DNA of 20,000 nt from an uncultured virus (IMG/VR IMGVR_UViG_3300017938_000552) (IMGVR_UViG_3300017938_000552), one strand, 5' to 3'; shown: positions 8,867 to 16,660, counted from the first letter of the stretch. The notes: generated by a model not told the origin, from the letters alone. Program-made: numbers and translations.

Positions 8867-9004
8867 TTATCCCAATTCCCTTTCTATTTCTTTTTTAAAC
8901 CTTTCAGCTTCTTTTTGTTGTTCTGGTGTGAGTTGGGCAGAGCTATCCTTCTTGGGTTTCTTCTTTTCTATTGATGTCACTATCCACTCTGGGACATCTT
9001 TCAC
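8867..9004 (-). CDS. 45-aa hypothetical protein (MKDVPEWIVTSIEKKKPKK...EIERELG)
   Basis: Hand translation; GTG start with an AGGA SD just after the DUF2695 stop. Confidence 0.5.
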   Translation of the reverse strand: MKDVPEWIVTSIEKKKPKKDSSAQLTPEQQKEAERFKKEIERELG

Positions 9005-9012
9005 AATTCCTT

Positions 9013-9291
9013 TCACAGCCTTTCAAGTGGTTTATCCTCATCCATACTATCTACAACATTTAATAGAACTTCACAATCACAGTACCCGCCATGAAACATA
9101 AGCGTGTCACTAATGGTTTTGAAGTTTAGATTGTGATCCTTACAGTACTGTTCGGTCATCGTAAGTCTACCATCACATTTCCAAGTGGCTTTTCCATTTA
9201 TATCATGGAAGTTGCACTCTCTTTCAAGATGGTCGAACAAATCCCTATAGGTCGGTTCGTACCTATAAACTTCAGCATTACACATCATCAA
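9013..9291 (-). CDS. DUF2695-like protein
   Basis: CDG-LT-T...HGGYCDCEVLLNV signature. Confidence 0.75.
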   Translation of the reverse strand: MMMCNAEVYRYEPTYRDLFDHLERECNFHDINGKATWKCDGRLTMTEQYCKDHNLNFKTISDTLMFHGGYCDCEVLLNVVDSMDEDKPLERL

Positions 9292-9492
9292 TCACCATTC
9301 ATAGATATATACTTCTTTAGCCGAATCACTCTCAGTAACCTGCACACGTTTGTGACAGATTGAACACTCTGCTGTCCGTTTCCAACCCATAACTGTGGCT
9401 TGATCATATTGAGAAGGCGTATATATCCTGTAGTTGTTATGAAAACAGCCAATCAAGCCAAAGTCTCTTTGAATCTGGGTTTTTCCTTCCAT
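9292..9492 (-). CDS. Small zinc-binding hypothetical protein
   Basis: GCFH...CSIC motif; CCAAAACC-TTTTTATA promoter upstream. Confidence 0.65.
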   Translation of the reverse strand: MEGKTQIQRDFGLIGCFHNNYRIYTPSQYDQATVMGWKRTAECSICHKRVQVTESDSAKEVYIYEW

Positions 9493-9552
9493 TTGAGAAC
9501 AGCATTAAAGTATAGTTCTGTTAGAGTATAAAAAGGTTTTGGTTTATTTCAC

Positions 9553-9738
9553 TTAAAGTGAAATCTCTTTTTTATCAGATTTTTTATTATTATTTTTTAC
9601 ATTTTGATATTGCCATTCTGCCCATATCCCAATTATAAAGAAGCCAATTCTATTACATAAAATGGTTTCAATTCGATAACCAATAATTAGGCATCCTATT
9701 AGACCTATAATTAGGATTATGAGTGATTTTTTATTCAT
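9553..9738 (-). CDS. Small membrane protein
   Basis: Two hydrophobic segments; the ATG at 9738 overlaps the thyX stop (TAATG). Confidence 0.6.
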   Translation of the reverse strand: MNKKSLIILIIGLIGCLIIGYRIETILCNRIGFFIIGIWAEWQYQNVKNNNKKSDKKEISL

Positions 9739-10373
9739 TACTCCCAATACTCCTTATATTTTTCATCAAACACTTCTGCGGATATGACTTTCAGTTGTTG
9801 ATATATCATTTGAGCAACCTGTCTTATTTCCCATTGGGATGTTCTATCCAGCCTCAATTTCAGGAAATGTAACCAACTTCTAAAATTCATAGTTACAACA
9901 ACCAGTGTTTCTGTTGCATTTGGTAACAGGAATCTAGCATCTTCTGACGGAATCCCATACTTTTCTATAAGTATTTTATAGGAACTTTCACAGGCATCTA
10001 TGGTGGCTACATAAAGTTTAAGTGCATCTGAATTTATCGTTGGTGGAATAATATATCCCATTTTTTCAACAGGAACAACTCTTTGGCTCATTTGTGCGTA
10101 GGATGCTATTCGATGCCTGACTAACTGATGGCTAAATGCCCTGCTAACACCTGTTATCTGGAACGTTGCCGATGCATGTTCCAACACACCTAGATGCCCA
10201 AATTTAAATATATTTTCAATCCGTTTTGAGAATTTTAAATTCTTCCTCTTTTTCTCTATGTTGTCATAACTCTCTTGACATTGTAAGAGGGCTGTTTCAA
10301 TAACCTTGTTCGGATCGGGTGTATATGCAATTAAATTAACTCTTGGTACAGTTACCTTCAAGCCTTCAACCAC
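9738..10373 (-). CDS. thyX: FAD-dependent thymidylate synthase
   Basis: GHLGVLEH, SRAFSHQLVRHRIASYAQMSQR (RHRx7SxR), EDARFLLP, MNFRSWLHF...R, QWEIR. Confidence 0.96.
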   Translation of the reverse strand: MVEGLKVTVPRVNLIAYTPDPNKVIETALLQCQESYDNIEKKRKNLKFSKRIENIFKFGHLGVLEHASATFQITGVSRAFSHQLVRHRIASYAQMSQRVVPVEKMGYIIPPTINSDALKLYVATIDACESSYKILIEKYGIPSEDARFLLPNATETLVVVTMNFRSWLHFLKLRLDRTSQWEIRQVAQMIYQQLKVISAEVFDEKYKEYWE

Positions 10374-10693
10374 GCATCCATAGCCCTGTCGATTCGTTCC
10401 TTATATATACCATAAAGTTTCTCAACCTGACCAGAATCATTGACTATTCTAGACACAGAGGACAAACCACCTAAATTTGCAATGTAAATTATATCGTCTT
10501 TGACTGTGATTAGCTTTGTCTTTTCAAGGTAGGAAACATCTGCTTTTAGATCGTCCAAACCTTCCCAGAATGTCAGATGCTCACCCATCCACAGGAATTT
10601 ACTGTGAAAGTTATAAAGTTCAGAAATTAATATTTTAGTTTTACCAGTTGATTCCCAATACCTGTCAAGAATGTATGCTAAGTATGTCCACAT
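10358..10693 (-). CDS. Hypothetical protein (possible winged-helix-like fold)
   Basis: 111-aa ORF; LKADVSYLEKTKLITV resembles a wHTH recognition helix and wing; CCAAAACA-TTTTTATA promoter upstream. Confidence 0.6.
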   Translation of the reverse strand: MWTYLAYILDRYWESTGKTKILISELYNFHSKFLWMGEHLTFWEGLDDLKADVSYLEKTKLITVKDDIIYIANLGGLSSVSRIVNDSGQVEKLYGIYKERIDRAMDAWLKA

Positions 10694-10743
10694 TTCAAAT
10701 GTTATTGTTGCAGGAGTATAAAAATGTTTTGGTTTGGAGTATT

Positions 10744-11130
10744 TTATAATGTTCTTTTTAGTACAATATAATTTTGTGTAATTTCAACAGTTGTAAAAGT
10801 AAAATCGGTTTCACTATGAAAACCATAAGAACGCCAAGAAAATTCTGTGCCTTTATTAACAATTGGATAGGTATAATTAAATGGATCAACATACCATTGA
10901 GATGGCTGATCACTAGAATAAGACATTCCCCCAACCACATAAGAAACAGAGACTATTCCATCCTTGTAATAACTGAATTCATAGGAACCAATATATTTAG
11001 TATTTCCTCTTTCTATTGTTACAGAATCTCCAATAGGAAAACCATGAAATATAAAAATATTGGATATAATAGCAATAATTCCAATGGTGATTAACATGCT
11101 ACCAATAGCTAATTGATATTTTTCTTTCAT
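10744..11130 (-). CDS. Membrane-anchored beta-rich protein
   Basis: N-terminal TM helix followed by a Y/F/T/V-rich region; AGGT SD. Confidence 0.7.
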   Translation of the reverse strand: MKEKYQLAIGSMLITIGIIAIISNIFIFHGFPIGDSVTIERGNTKYIGSYEFSYYKDGIVSVSYVVGGMSYSSDQPSQWYVDPFNYTYPIVNKGTEFSWRSYGFHSETDFTFTTVEITQNYIVLKRTL

Positions 11131-11163
11131 GTTTTTTACCTATTTCAGTATTGTATTATACGT

Positions 11164-11451
11164 TCACTTTCCCTTGCCATACATCGACCACAACATATCT
11201 CTTGTCAATTTAGCATCTTCACTCAAAAACATATCCTCAAGCCCATCAAACCAAGCCTTAACTTCACGACTATCTAAAACAAGGGCATATTTACAGTCAA
11301 CACTTTTGGAATGTGGAAATGTGGAAGTTTTAAAAGTAACGTAGTACTCTACCTTAGCCAGTTTATCCTCTAATTCCCCTACTCTGTGGCTCAAAGCATC
11401 ACGTTCCTTTTGAAGTTCATCTACATCACGATAATGACTATCCATTTTCAA
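11164..11451 (-). CDS. Hypothetical protein with N-terminal coiled coil
   Basis: Heptad pattern VDELQKERDALSHRVGELEDKL; likely ATG at 11445. Confidence 0.7.
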   Translation of the reverse strand: MKMDSHYRDVDELQKERDALSHRVGELEDKLAKVEYYVTFKTSTFPHSKSVDCKYALVLDSREVKAWFDGLEDMFLSEDAKLTRDMLWSMYGKGK

Positions 11452-11583
11452 TCACCTTAATTCAACATATTTATCGAGTTTCGGATTTGGTGTCACATCA
11501 ATCCAGACTTTGTGCTTAGAGTCATAGAGCATGTGTTTTCCCGTTTTTGTGGTGTATTGACCTTTTTTTCGTTCCCAAATCAT
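11452..11583 (-). CDS. 43-aa hypothetical protein (MIWERKKGQYTTKTGKHMLYDSKHKVWIDVTPNPKLDKYVELR)
   Basis: Hand translation; GGGTGA SD; CGAAACC-TTTTTATA promoter at about 11626-11640. Confidence 0.6.
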   Translation of the reverse strand: MIWERKKGQYTTKTGKHMLYDSKHKVWIDVTPNPKLDKYVELR

Positions 11584-11692
11584 CTCATTCACCCATACTA
11601 TGTTATGTTTTAACATACCCTGTAGTATAAAAAGGTTTCGATTTATGAGAAAGGTTTATATATCAACCAATAGGAAAGTTATGGATTGTTAT

Positions 11693-12451
11693 ATGAATCC
11701 AGAAACCAAACTCCGTATTTGTGGCATCGAGAGCATGTCCACAATAGATTGGTACGGTATGGTTAGTATGGTGGTTTTCTGTGCTGGTTGCAACTTTCGA
11801 TGCCAATATTGTCAAAATTCAGCACTAATCCCGATGGATTCTGGTGAAGATGTTAATCTCTACTATATTATGGATAGGATAAAGAAAAACAGGCTTGTGT
11901 TAGATTCGATTGTATTTACTGGTGGTGAACCAACCCTCCAACCAGATGCTGTTATCGAGTGTGCCAAACTCGCTAAGGAAATCGGACTCAAGGTTATGCT
12001 TAACACAAACGGAACTAACTGGGAGAACTTGAGAAAGATTCTTTATAGTGGATATATTGATAGAGTTGCACTTGATGTCAAAGCACCACCAGAAACAGAT
12101 GAATACAGAATCTTCTCAGATAATCCTATCGGGACTATATGGTCTGTCGATACGTGCCTCAAGGTCTGCAAGAGACTTGGAATAGAGATGGAAGTTAGAA
12201 CCACAGTTGCACCAGATATTTCCGATTCACCAGACTATATCAGAAAGATTGCCAACTTCATAAAGGATCGGTGTGATGTTTACTATCTACAGCAATATGA
12301 CAATCTTGGAGATGTGCTTAATCCAGAAATGAAGAAAAAATCATCACCAACCAGAGAAAAAATGCTTGGTCTTGCTCAGGAAGCATTGAGTACTGGACTG
12401 AAAAATGTGTTTATAAAAACACGTGTGGATGGATTGGAGAAAATAGGTTAA
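11693..12451 (+). CDS. nrdG: Anaerobic ribonucleotide reductase activating enzyme (radical SAM, NrdG/PflA family)
   Basis: STIDWYG..SMVVFCAGCNFRCQYCQN (CxxxCxxC), TGGEPTLQ, LNTNG, ALDVKAP, EVRTTV. Start revised to the ATG at 11693, 31 nt after TTTATATA (11655-11662). Confidence 0.88.
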   Translation: MNPETKLRICGIESMSTIDWYGMVSMVVFCAGCNFRCQYCQNSALIPMDSGEDVNLYYIMDRIKKNRLVLDSIVFTGGEPTLQPDAVIECAKLAKEIGLKVMLNTNGTNWENLRKILYSGYIDRVALDVKAPPETDEYRIFSDNPIGTIWSVDTCLKVCKRLGIEMEVRTTVAPDISDSPDYIRKIANFIKDRCDVYYLQQYDNLGDVLNPEMKKKSSPTREKMLGLAQEALSTGLKNVFIKTRVDGLEKIG

Positions 12452-12642
12452 GCCGTCTTAAAGTCTGGAAATAGCTTTATTCTGGTATAAACAGCATAGT
12501 AGTCTTTCTTCTTAACAACTATACTAGCGTAGCCCAACGTTTTTCTGAACTTAACAGCTTTTTGTGCCATAACCTTGGTGTCATACTTCATAAGTGTATC
12601 GTGATAAACATACCCATTCCGAACAATTCTATCAGTTACCAT
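12448..12642 (-). CDS. Small basic protein, SPOR-like paralog family
   Basis: RNGYVY...KYDTKVMAQKAVKFRKTLGYASIVVKKKDYYAVYTR. Confidence 0.75.
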   Translation of the reverse strand: MVTDRIVRNGYVYHDTLMKYDTKVMAQKAVKFRKTLGYASIVVKKKDYYAVYTRIKLFPDFKTA

Positions 12643-12797
12643 TTTCTAGCCCTCTTCTTGTGGTTTTCCCAATAATAAACTCTAGCATTTACTTTATGTT
12701 CAATATCAGCCATTAAATTTTCGATCTCATCATCACGATTTGGAAATTCTCTTCTAAGTTCTTCGTGCATACGTTCTAAATGTGAGTGCCACCCCAT
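12636..12797 (-). CDS. 53-aa hypothetical protein (MGWHSHLERMHEELRREF...HKKRARKW)
   Basis: Hand translation; AGGTGA SD; fills the gap in the array exactly. Confidence 0.7.
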   Translation of the reverse strand: MGWHSHLERMHEELRREFPNRDDEIENLMADIEHKVNARVYYWENHKKRARKW

Positions 12798-12807
12798 TTT
12801 ATTTCAC

Positions 12808-13011
12808 CTATACTGTAAACATTCTTGCCCTGCTCTTAGCCCAACTATCCAAACGTTCAACATATGCTTCTGCGGCAGATTTTGAAATAAAAGTGTGTGT
12901 AATATATCCACCCATCTGGGAAGGATAACGCACTCTGGTTTTGATTCCTTTTTCATATGTCTTGTTTCCGACATTTGCGATTACAACTCTAGGTTCTATA
13001 TTTCTTGTCAT
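12808..13011 (-). CDS. Small basic hypothetical protein
   Basis: 67 aa; FISKSAAEAY helix motif; TAAAAAATG junction. Confidence 0.75.
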   Translation of the reverse strand: MTRNIEPRVVIANVGNKTYEKGIKTRVRYPSQMGGYITHTFISKSAAEAYVERLDSWAKSRARMFTV

Positions 13012-13014
13012 TTT

Positions 13015-13266
13015 TTACCATCTCATTATCTTGGTTTTATCGTAAGGAAGTCCCAAGAACCTTCTTTTCTTATTTACCCAATCATTCAGAACTTTTGGAT
13101 CAGCAAACTTTGTTTTTAGCCTTGCACCGTCTGAGTAAAGAACATACAAATAATAGCCCTTTGCTGTGATGTTTTTAATCGATGATTTTTGTCTGTGGTA
13201 TCGCATTACAACCTCTAGGTTTCGTGCAGAAGCTACAACTTTACCGTTTTTTATTACTCTATCCAT
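13015..13266 (-). CDS. Small basic hypothetical protein (start revised to the ATG at 13266, MDRVIK...)
   Basis: ATG follows the TAA of 13268..13426 with a GAGTG SD. Confidence 0.75.
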   Translation of the reverse strand: MDRVIKNGKVVASARNLEVVMRYHRQKSSIKNITAKGYYLYVLYSDGARLKTKFADPKVLNDWVNKKRRFLGLPYDKTKIMRW

Positions 13267-13267
13267 T

Positions 13268-13426
13268 TTATTTTTCACTCTTTCTCCTATGTTCAAGATG
13301 ATATTTCATCAACGCACTACTAGCATCAGCTAGACCAGATTTGGCGGCTCTGCGTTTTTCATCAGCTTCCTGTAATCGATGTTCCCACTTATGGACATCT
13401 GAAATAAGTTTTTTCTCAGTTACCAT
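13268..13426 (-). CDS. 52-aa helical protein (MVTEKKLISDVHKWEHRLQEADEKRRAAK...RRKSEK)
   Basis: Hand translation; fills the array gap; coupled to both neighbours. Confidence 0.7.
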   Translation of the reverse strand: MVTEKKLISDVHKWEHRLQEADEKRRAAKSGLADASSALMKYHLEHRRKSEK

Positions 13427-13602
13427 TTACTTTTCCTTCTGTACCAAACTTTGTAACTGTAACCAGTTGACTTGGTTATCTTTGTTGAAAATCCCATAGT
13501 TCTGAGTACATCAGCATCACGTTCAGCATTTTCTTTGTTGATTGCCTTGTTACTCAAAGCATAGAGTTTACCATTAAAAGTTTTAAAGTTTTTCTTCACC
13601 AT
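13420..13602 (-). CDS. Small basic protein, SPOR-like paralog family
   Basis: FNGKLYAL...NKENAERDADVLRTMGFSTKITKSTGYSYKVWYR. Confidence 0.8.
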   Translation of the reverse strand: MVKKNFKTFNGKLYALSNKAINKENAERDADVLRTMGFSTKITKSTGYSYKVWYRRKSKW

Positions 13603-13604
13603 TT

Positions 13605-13895
13605 TTACACCTTACCTCCATGTTTCTTCCAATAACCAATTGTGCCACTTTGATATTTATATGGTGTCTTTACTTTTATCTCTAAGTTCAAAGCATCAAC
13701 AATATTTTGCCAACTTCTGCCCTCATCCAGCCAAATTCTGCGTTCCTCTTCTGTCATTGGCTTTCCAGCCTTGGAAAAGATTTGTTCAGACCAGTTATGT
13801 AAGGCATCCTTTCTGCGCTTTTTGAGTGTGGAAAGACTCAGCTTGTCGAACTTGGATTTATCATATTTTTCTGATCTACTTAACCTTCTTGCCAT
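13605..13895 (-). CDS. Small basic helical hypothetical protein
   Basis: 96 aa; GGAGG SD plus GTAAAAATG junction. Confidence 0.8.
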   Translation of the reverse strand: MARRLSRSEKYDKSKFDKLSLSTLKKRRKDALHNWSEQIFSKAGKPMTEEERRIWLDEGRSWQNIVDALNLEIKVKTPYKYQSGTIGYWKKHGGKV

Positions 13896-13907
13896 TTTTA
13901 CTTCCTC

Positions 13908-14114
13908 CTAGATCGTGAAAGGTTTTCCAGCCTTTGCTATTTTACCGTTTTTTAGGACTCTGAACGCAACATAGTCACCATGTGTGAATAGACCAGCCTG
14001 AGAGTTGGAATGAATAAGTTCATTCACTCCCTTGGCTTGTTTGTCGAGATAAACTTCCCTGTATATATGACCACTCTTTTGATGAATCTTCTTATAAACT
14101 ATGTATCTCGGCAT
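13908..14114 (-). CDS. Small basic hypothetical protein (start revised to the ATG at 14114, MPRYIVYKK...)
   Basis: TAAAAATG junction with the upstream gene. Confidence 0.75.
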   Translation of the reverse strand: MPRYIVYKKIHQKSGHIYREVYLDKQAKGVNELIHSNSQAGLFTHGDYVAFRVLKNGKIAKAGKPFTI

Positions 14115-14116
14115 TT

Positions 14117-14308
14117 TTACTTCCACATCCAAGCCTTTTTACGTAAAGCCTTTGCCTTTTTAAGTGCCTGTGCCTTTGTATTACAATCCGTGTGAGGGAT
14201 TCTCCACTCTGCACCTGTTGGACTGTTGCGATATACAGCCCATCCACCACCCTTTACACGTGGTGATATTAAACTTCTAACTACAAGTGTTGGTTTTGTT
14301 TTACCCAT
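14117..14308 (-). CDS. Small basic protein (start revised to the ATG at 14308, MGKTKP...), DUF2188-like pattern
   Basis: ISPR..GGGWAV...NTKAQALKKAKAL resembles the DUF2188-type WxV...TQxEAIxxA pattern; AGGAG SD. Confidence 0.7.
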   Translation of the reverse strand: MGKTKPTLVVRSLISPRVKGGGWAVYRNSPTGAEWRIPHTDCNTKAQALKKAKALRKKAWMWK

Positions 14309-14310
14309 TT

Positions 14311-14484
14311 TTACTTTCTCCTTCTGTAGACACGATAGCCATATTTGTCTTTTATGACTCTTGCACATTGCTTGTTGCTTCTATTGCGTTTAGCGACTTC
14401 ATTAGCCTCTACCTTGGTATCATATAAGCTACCAATCAGGAAGAATTTCTTTCCACCAAACACCCTATATTCTTTACGTGCCAT
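14311..14484 (-). CDS. 57-aa basic protein, SPOR-like paralog family (MARKEYRVFGGKKFFLIGSLYDTKVEANEVAKRNRSNKQCARVIKDKYGYRVYRRRK)
   Basis: Hand translation; first gene behind promoter copy 4. Confidence 0.8.
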   Translation of the reverse strand: MARKEYRVFGGKKFFLIGSLYDTKVEANEVAKRNRSNKQCARVIKDKYGYRVYRRRK

Positions 14485-14515
14485 TGTTTATCGTAATATT
14501 AGTGTTGCTGGTAGT

Positions 14516-14532
14516 ATATAAATGTTATGATA
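14516..14532 (-). promoter_or_regulatory. Conserved promoter element, copy 4
   Basis: ATATAAATGTTATGATA, 32 nt from the ATG at 14484. Confidence 0.85.
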
Positions 14533-14543
14533 AAAATTAATTT

Positions 14544-14735
14544 TTACTTATACACGTACAGATACCAACGTGGTCCAAAGCCCTTACGATGTGCCTTAAA
14601 CACTCTGACCTTGAAACCATTATTTTTTAATTCTTCTTTAGCTAATTCAACAGAACGCTTGTAAGCTACGCTGTGATGATATGCGTAGAATTTACCATCA
14701 ACTTTTCTTCGTCTTGGAATTGCATACATTTTCAT
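14544..14735 (-). CDS. Small basic protein, SPOR-like paralog family
   Basis: RRKVDGKFYAY...YKRSVELAKEELKNNGFKVRVFK...WYLYV; AGGAG SD. Confidence 0.8.
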   Translation of the reverse strand: MKMYAIPRRRKVDGKFYAYHHSVAYKRSVELAKEELKNNGFKVRVFKAHRKGFGPRWYLYVYK

Positions 14736-14741
14736 AATCTC

Positions 14742-14921
14742 CTATTTGGGTCTGTAATAGACACCCCACCAGAATCCTGCGTTCCATCCAGCTTCAATTA
14801 CTCTGACACTTTCACAGGTTTCTCTTAGATGTTTAGCAAATTTCTTTGCTTCGGTTTTTGACTTGTAATTTTTATAAAAGAGGTAGTACTTTCCACCTAT
14901 TTTTCGTCTTGTATCAGCCAT
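14742..14921 (-). CDS. 59-aa basic protein, SPOR-like paralog family (MADTRRKIGGKYYLFYKNYKSKTEAKKFAKHLRETCESVRVIEAGWNAGFWWGVYYRPK)
   Basis: Hand translation; first gene behind promoter copy 5. Confidence 0.8.
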   Translation of the reverse strand: MADTRRKIGGKYYLFYKNYKSKTEAKKFAKHLRETCESVRVIEAGWNAGFWWGVYYRPK

Positions 14922-14950
14922 TCTTATCAGTATAATATCTATTCCAATCT

Positions 14951-14967
14951 ATATAAATGTTATGATA
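14951..14967 (-). promoter_or_regulatory. Conserved promoter element, copy 5
   Basis: ATATAAATGTTATGATA, 30 nt from the ATG at 14921. Confidence 0.85.
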
Positions 14968-14971
14968 AAAA

Positions 14972-15910
14972 CTAATGTCCTAGACTAAATGCAAACCAAG
15001 CAAAGAAAGCAATTAAAACCATTGCTATGATATAAGCCAACATAGACTTTAACATTCCAGATGATATTCCCTCTGTTTGCAACATATTCACAAATGAAAC
15101 ACCATATAATAAACCGATGACACCTAGAACATCTGCCATCACTTGTACCGATTGATACATACTACCTGATACGGGTGTTGTGGTTGCGATTGTATTTGGT
15201 ATGTATGTAACAGATACATCATCTACGAATATATTCCCCAGACCAGAACCAAAAAACACTATTGAACTAAAATCATCAGGGAAACCACTCGGTTGTTTAA
15301 TAACATTTTCTACTCTATCGACCTGCAAAACCAAAGTATTATTAATGTAAAGTGACTCAGAACCAGAAAAGTCTGCTGATGCTTGTTTTATCTTTAATGA
15401 ATAAAGATACCATGTATTATTTGCTAACGGATAGTAGATTATCTTACTATATGCACTAGTTCCATTTTCACAACCGAATTGTGGAACAATTGTGCCATTA
15501 CCAAAACCATTCAAACCTATTAGTGTTACCGAACTACTATTTGAGCCAGTAAATGCCTCAACAAAGCAAGATATAACGCCTTTAAGTTTGGCATATCGAA
15601 GTGTGGAATTTACCCATATGGTTCCAGTAGGAGTTACATTAAAAGGCTGATTACTAAACATACCATCGGCATCATTAGCCAAATATGCACTACGTGTTGG
15701 TGAATAAAATTGTGTTGTGTTCAGAGTTGGTGCAGAGTATCCCTGTGGCAACCACGACCATTTATTTAAGTTTCCCTCTTCAAAATTGGTGCTAAATTCC
15801 GTTATATTTGTGGTTGCTTTGACTTCAAAAATCGTTGAAAATGGAAGAACAAGCAGAACAAAAAGGAAGAACAAACCATAGCCTTTTCTGCCTATTCTTC
15901 CATTAAACAT
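14972..15910 (-). CDS. Secreted, membrane-anchored surface glycoprotein with a ConA/LamG-like beta-sandwich
   Basis: Signal peptide ending VKA; FSTNFEEG...NTWYLYSL...LYINNTLV...IFVDDVSV; multiple NxS/T sequons; Thr-rich linker; two C-terminal TM helices. Start revised to the ATG at 15910. Confidence 0.75.
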   Translation of the reverse strand: MFNGRIGRKGYGLFFLFVLLVLPFSTIFEVKATTNITEFSTNFEEGNLNKWSWLPQGYSAPTLNTTQFYSPTRSAYLANDADGMFSNQPFNVTPTGTIWVNSTLRYAKLKGVISCFVEAFTGSNSSSVTLIGLNGFGNGTIVPQFGCENGTSAYSKIIYYPLANNTWYLYSLKIKQASADFSGSESLYINNTLVLQVDRVENVIKQPSGFPDDFSSIVFFGSGLGNIFVDDVSVTYIPNTIATTTPVSGSMYQSVQVMADVLGVIGLLYGVSFVNMLQTEGISSGMLKSMLAYIIAMVLIAFFAWFAFSLGH

Positions 15911-15940
15911 TCTTATCAATATAGTATATGTTACAAAACT

Positions 15941-15960
15941 ATATAAATGTTATGATAACA
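15941..15960 (-). promoter_or_regulatory. Conserved promoter element, copy 6 (contains the full palindrome TGTTAT-G-ATAACA, 15948-15960)
   Basis: ATATAAATGTTATGATAACA, 31 nt from the ATG at 15910. Confidence 0.85.
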
Positions 15961-15964
15961 ATAT

Positions 15965-16207
15965 TTATTTCTTTTTTACAGGGCTTTTATACGGAACTTC
16001 AACCCAGAATGGTCCTTTCTCATCTGGTCTTTTACGCCTCATAAATCTGACCAATTTATATCCTCTTCTTACCCTCATTTCCTCAATCTTTGAGTATTCA
16101 ATTAGCTGTGCCATCTTTTTCTTATCCTTGGCAATTCGTTTCTTGATTCGCTGTATCTCAGCCTTCCTACCACGTTCTGTCTTTGGGATGTCTCTTATTC
16201 TAACCAT
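15965..16207 (-). CDS. Highly basic hypothetical protein (likely ATG at 16207, MVRIRDIPK...)
   Basis: Extremely K/R-rich; GGGTGA SD overlapping the upstream stop. Confidence 0.75.
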   Translation of the reverse strand: MVRIRDIPKTERGRKAEIQRIKKRIAKDKKKMAQLIEYSKIEEMRVRRGYKLVRFMRRKRPDEKGPFWVEVPYKSPVKKK

Positions 16208-16212
16208 TTTTA

Positions 16213-16443
16213 TCACCCAAACGGTTTGTAAATTTCATTAACGGGTTCAATCGAAGATGTGTGTTTGAATTTCTTGCAGGTTGGACAGTATGCTTGTTTA
16301 GAACGTATTTTTCTGTTGTTCCACGTTCTCTGCATCCTGTAATCTGACATTATCAGAGAGCCACATTTCTTGCATCGGAACCTATGTGGATGCCAATAGT
16401 AATCATACTTTACAAGATAACCGTTAAGAAATTCATCACCCAT
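16213..16443 (-). CDS. Small basic zinc-ribbon protein
   Basis: CKKC...CPTC; GAGGT SD. Confidence 0.75.
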   Translation of the reverse strand: MGDEFLNGYLVKYDYYWHPHRFRCKKCGSLIMSDYRMQRTWNNRKIRSKQAYCPTCKKFKHTSSIEPVNEIYKPFG

Positions 16444-16453
16444 TTTTTATACC

Positions 16454-16660
16454 TCATAACTTTAGGAAGGCTTCTATCATAGCTTTAGAGAATCCTTCTT
16501 TTTTGGCGTTTATGGCAAAAACATCCTTCTTGTCCAAACGTTTTGGAACAGTACCACCCCAAATTGAGGTTGGATAGCTATTATCCCAAACTCTCTGCAT
16601 CCTGTCACACTTGGATTTACCAAATTTCTTTAGGAATTTCTGTTCATCATCAAAACCCAT
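16454..16660 (-). CDS. Small basic hypothetical protein
   Basis: 68 aa; TAAATG junction. Confidence 0.75.
   Translation of the reverse strand: MGFDDEQKFLKKFGKSKCDRMQRVWDNSYPTSIWGGTVPKRLDKKDVFAINAKKEGFSKAMIEAFLKL

Noticed and set aside
11600..11692. 31-aa N-terminal extension of NrdG in the ORF track
   Set aside because: It spans two divergent TATA boxes. The ATG at 11693 fits promoter spacing and the family N-terminus.
14309..14368. Extended start (MCKSHKRQ...) for 14117..14368
   Set aside because: It overlaps the better-supported 14311..14484 gene. The ATG at 14308 has the conserved SD junction.
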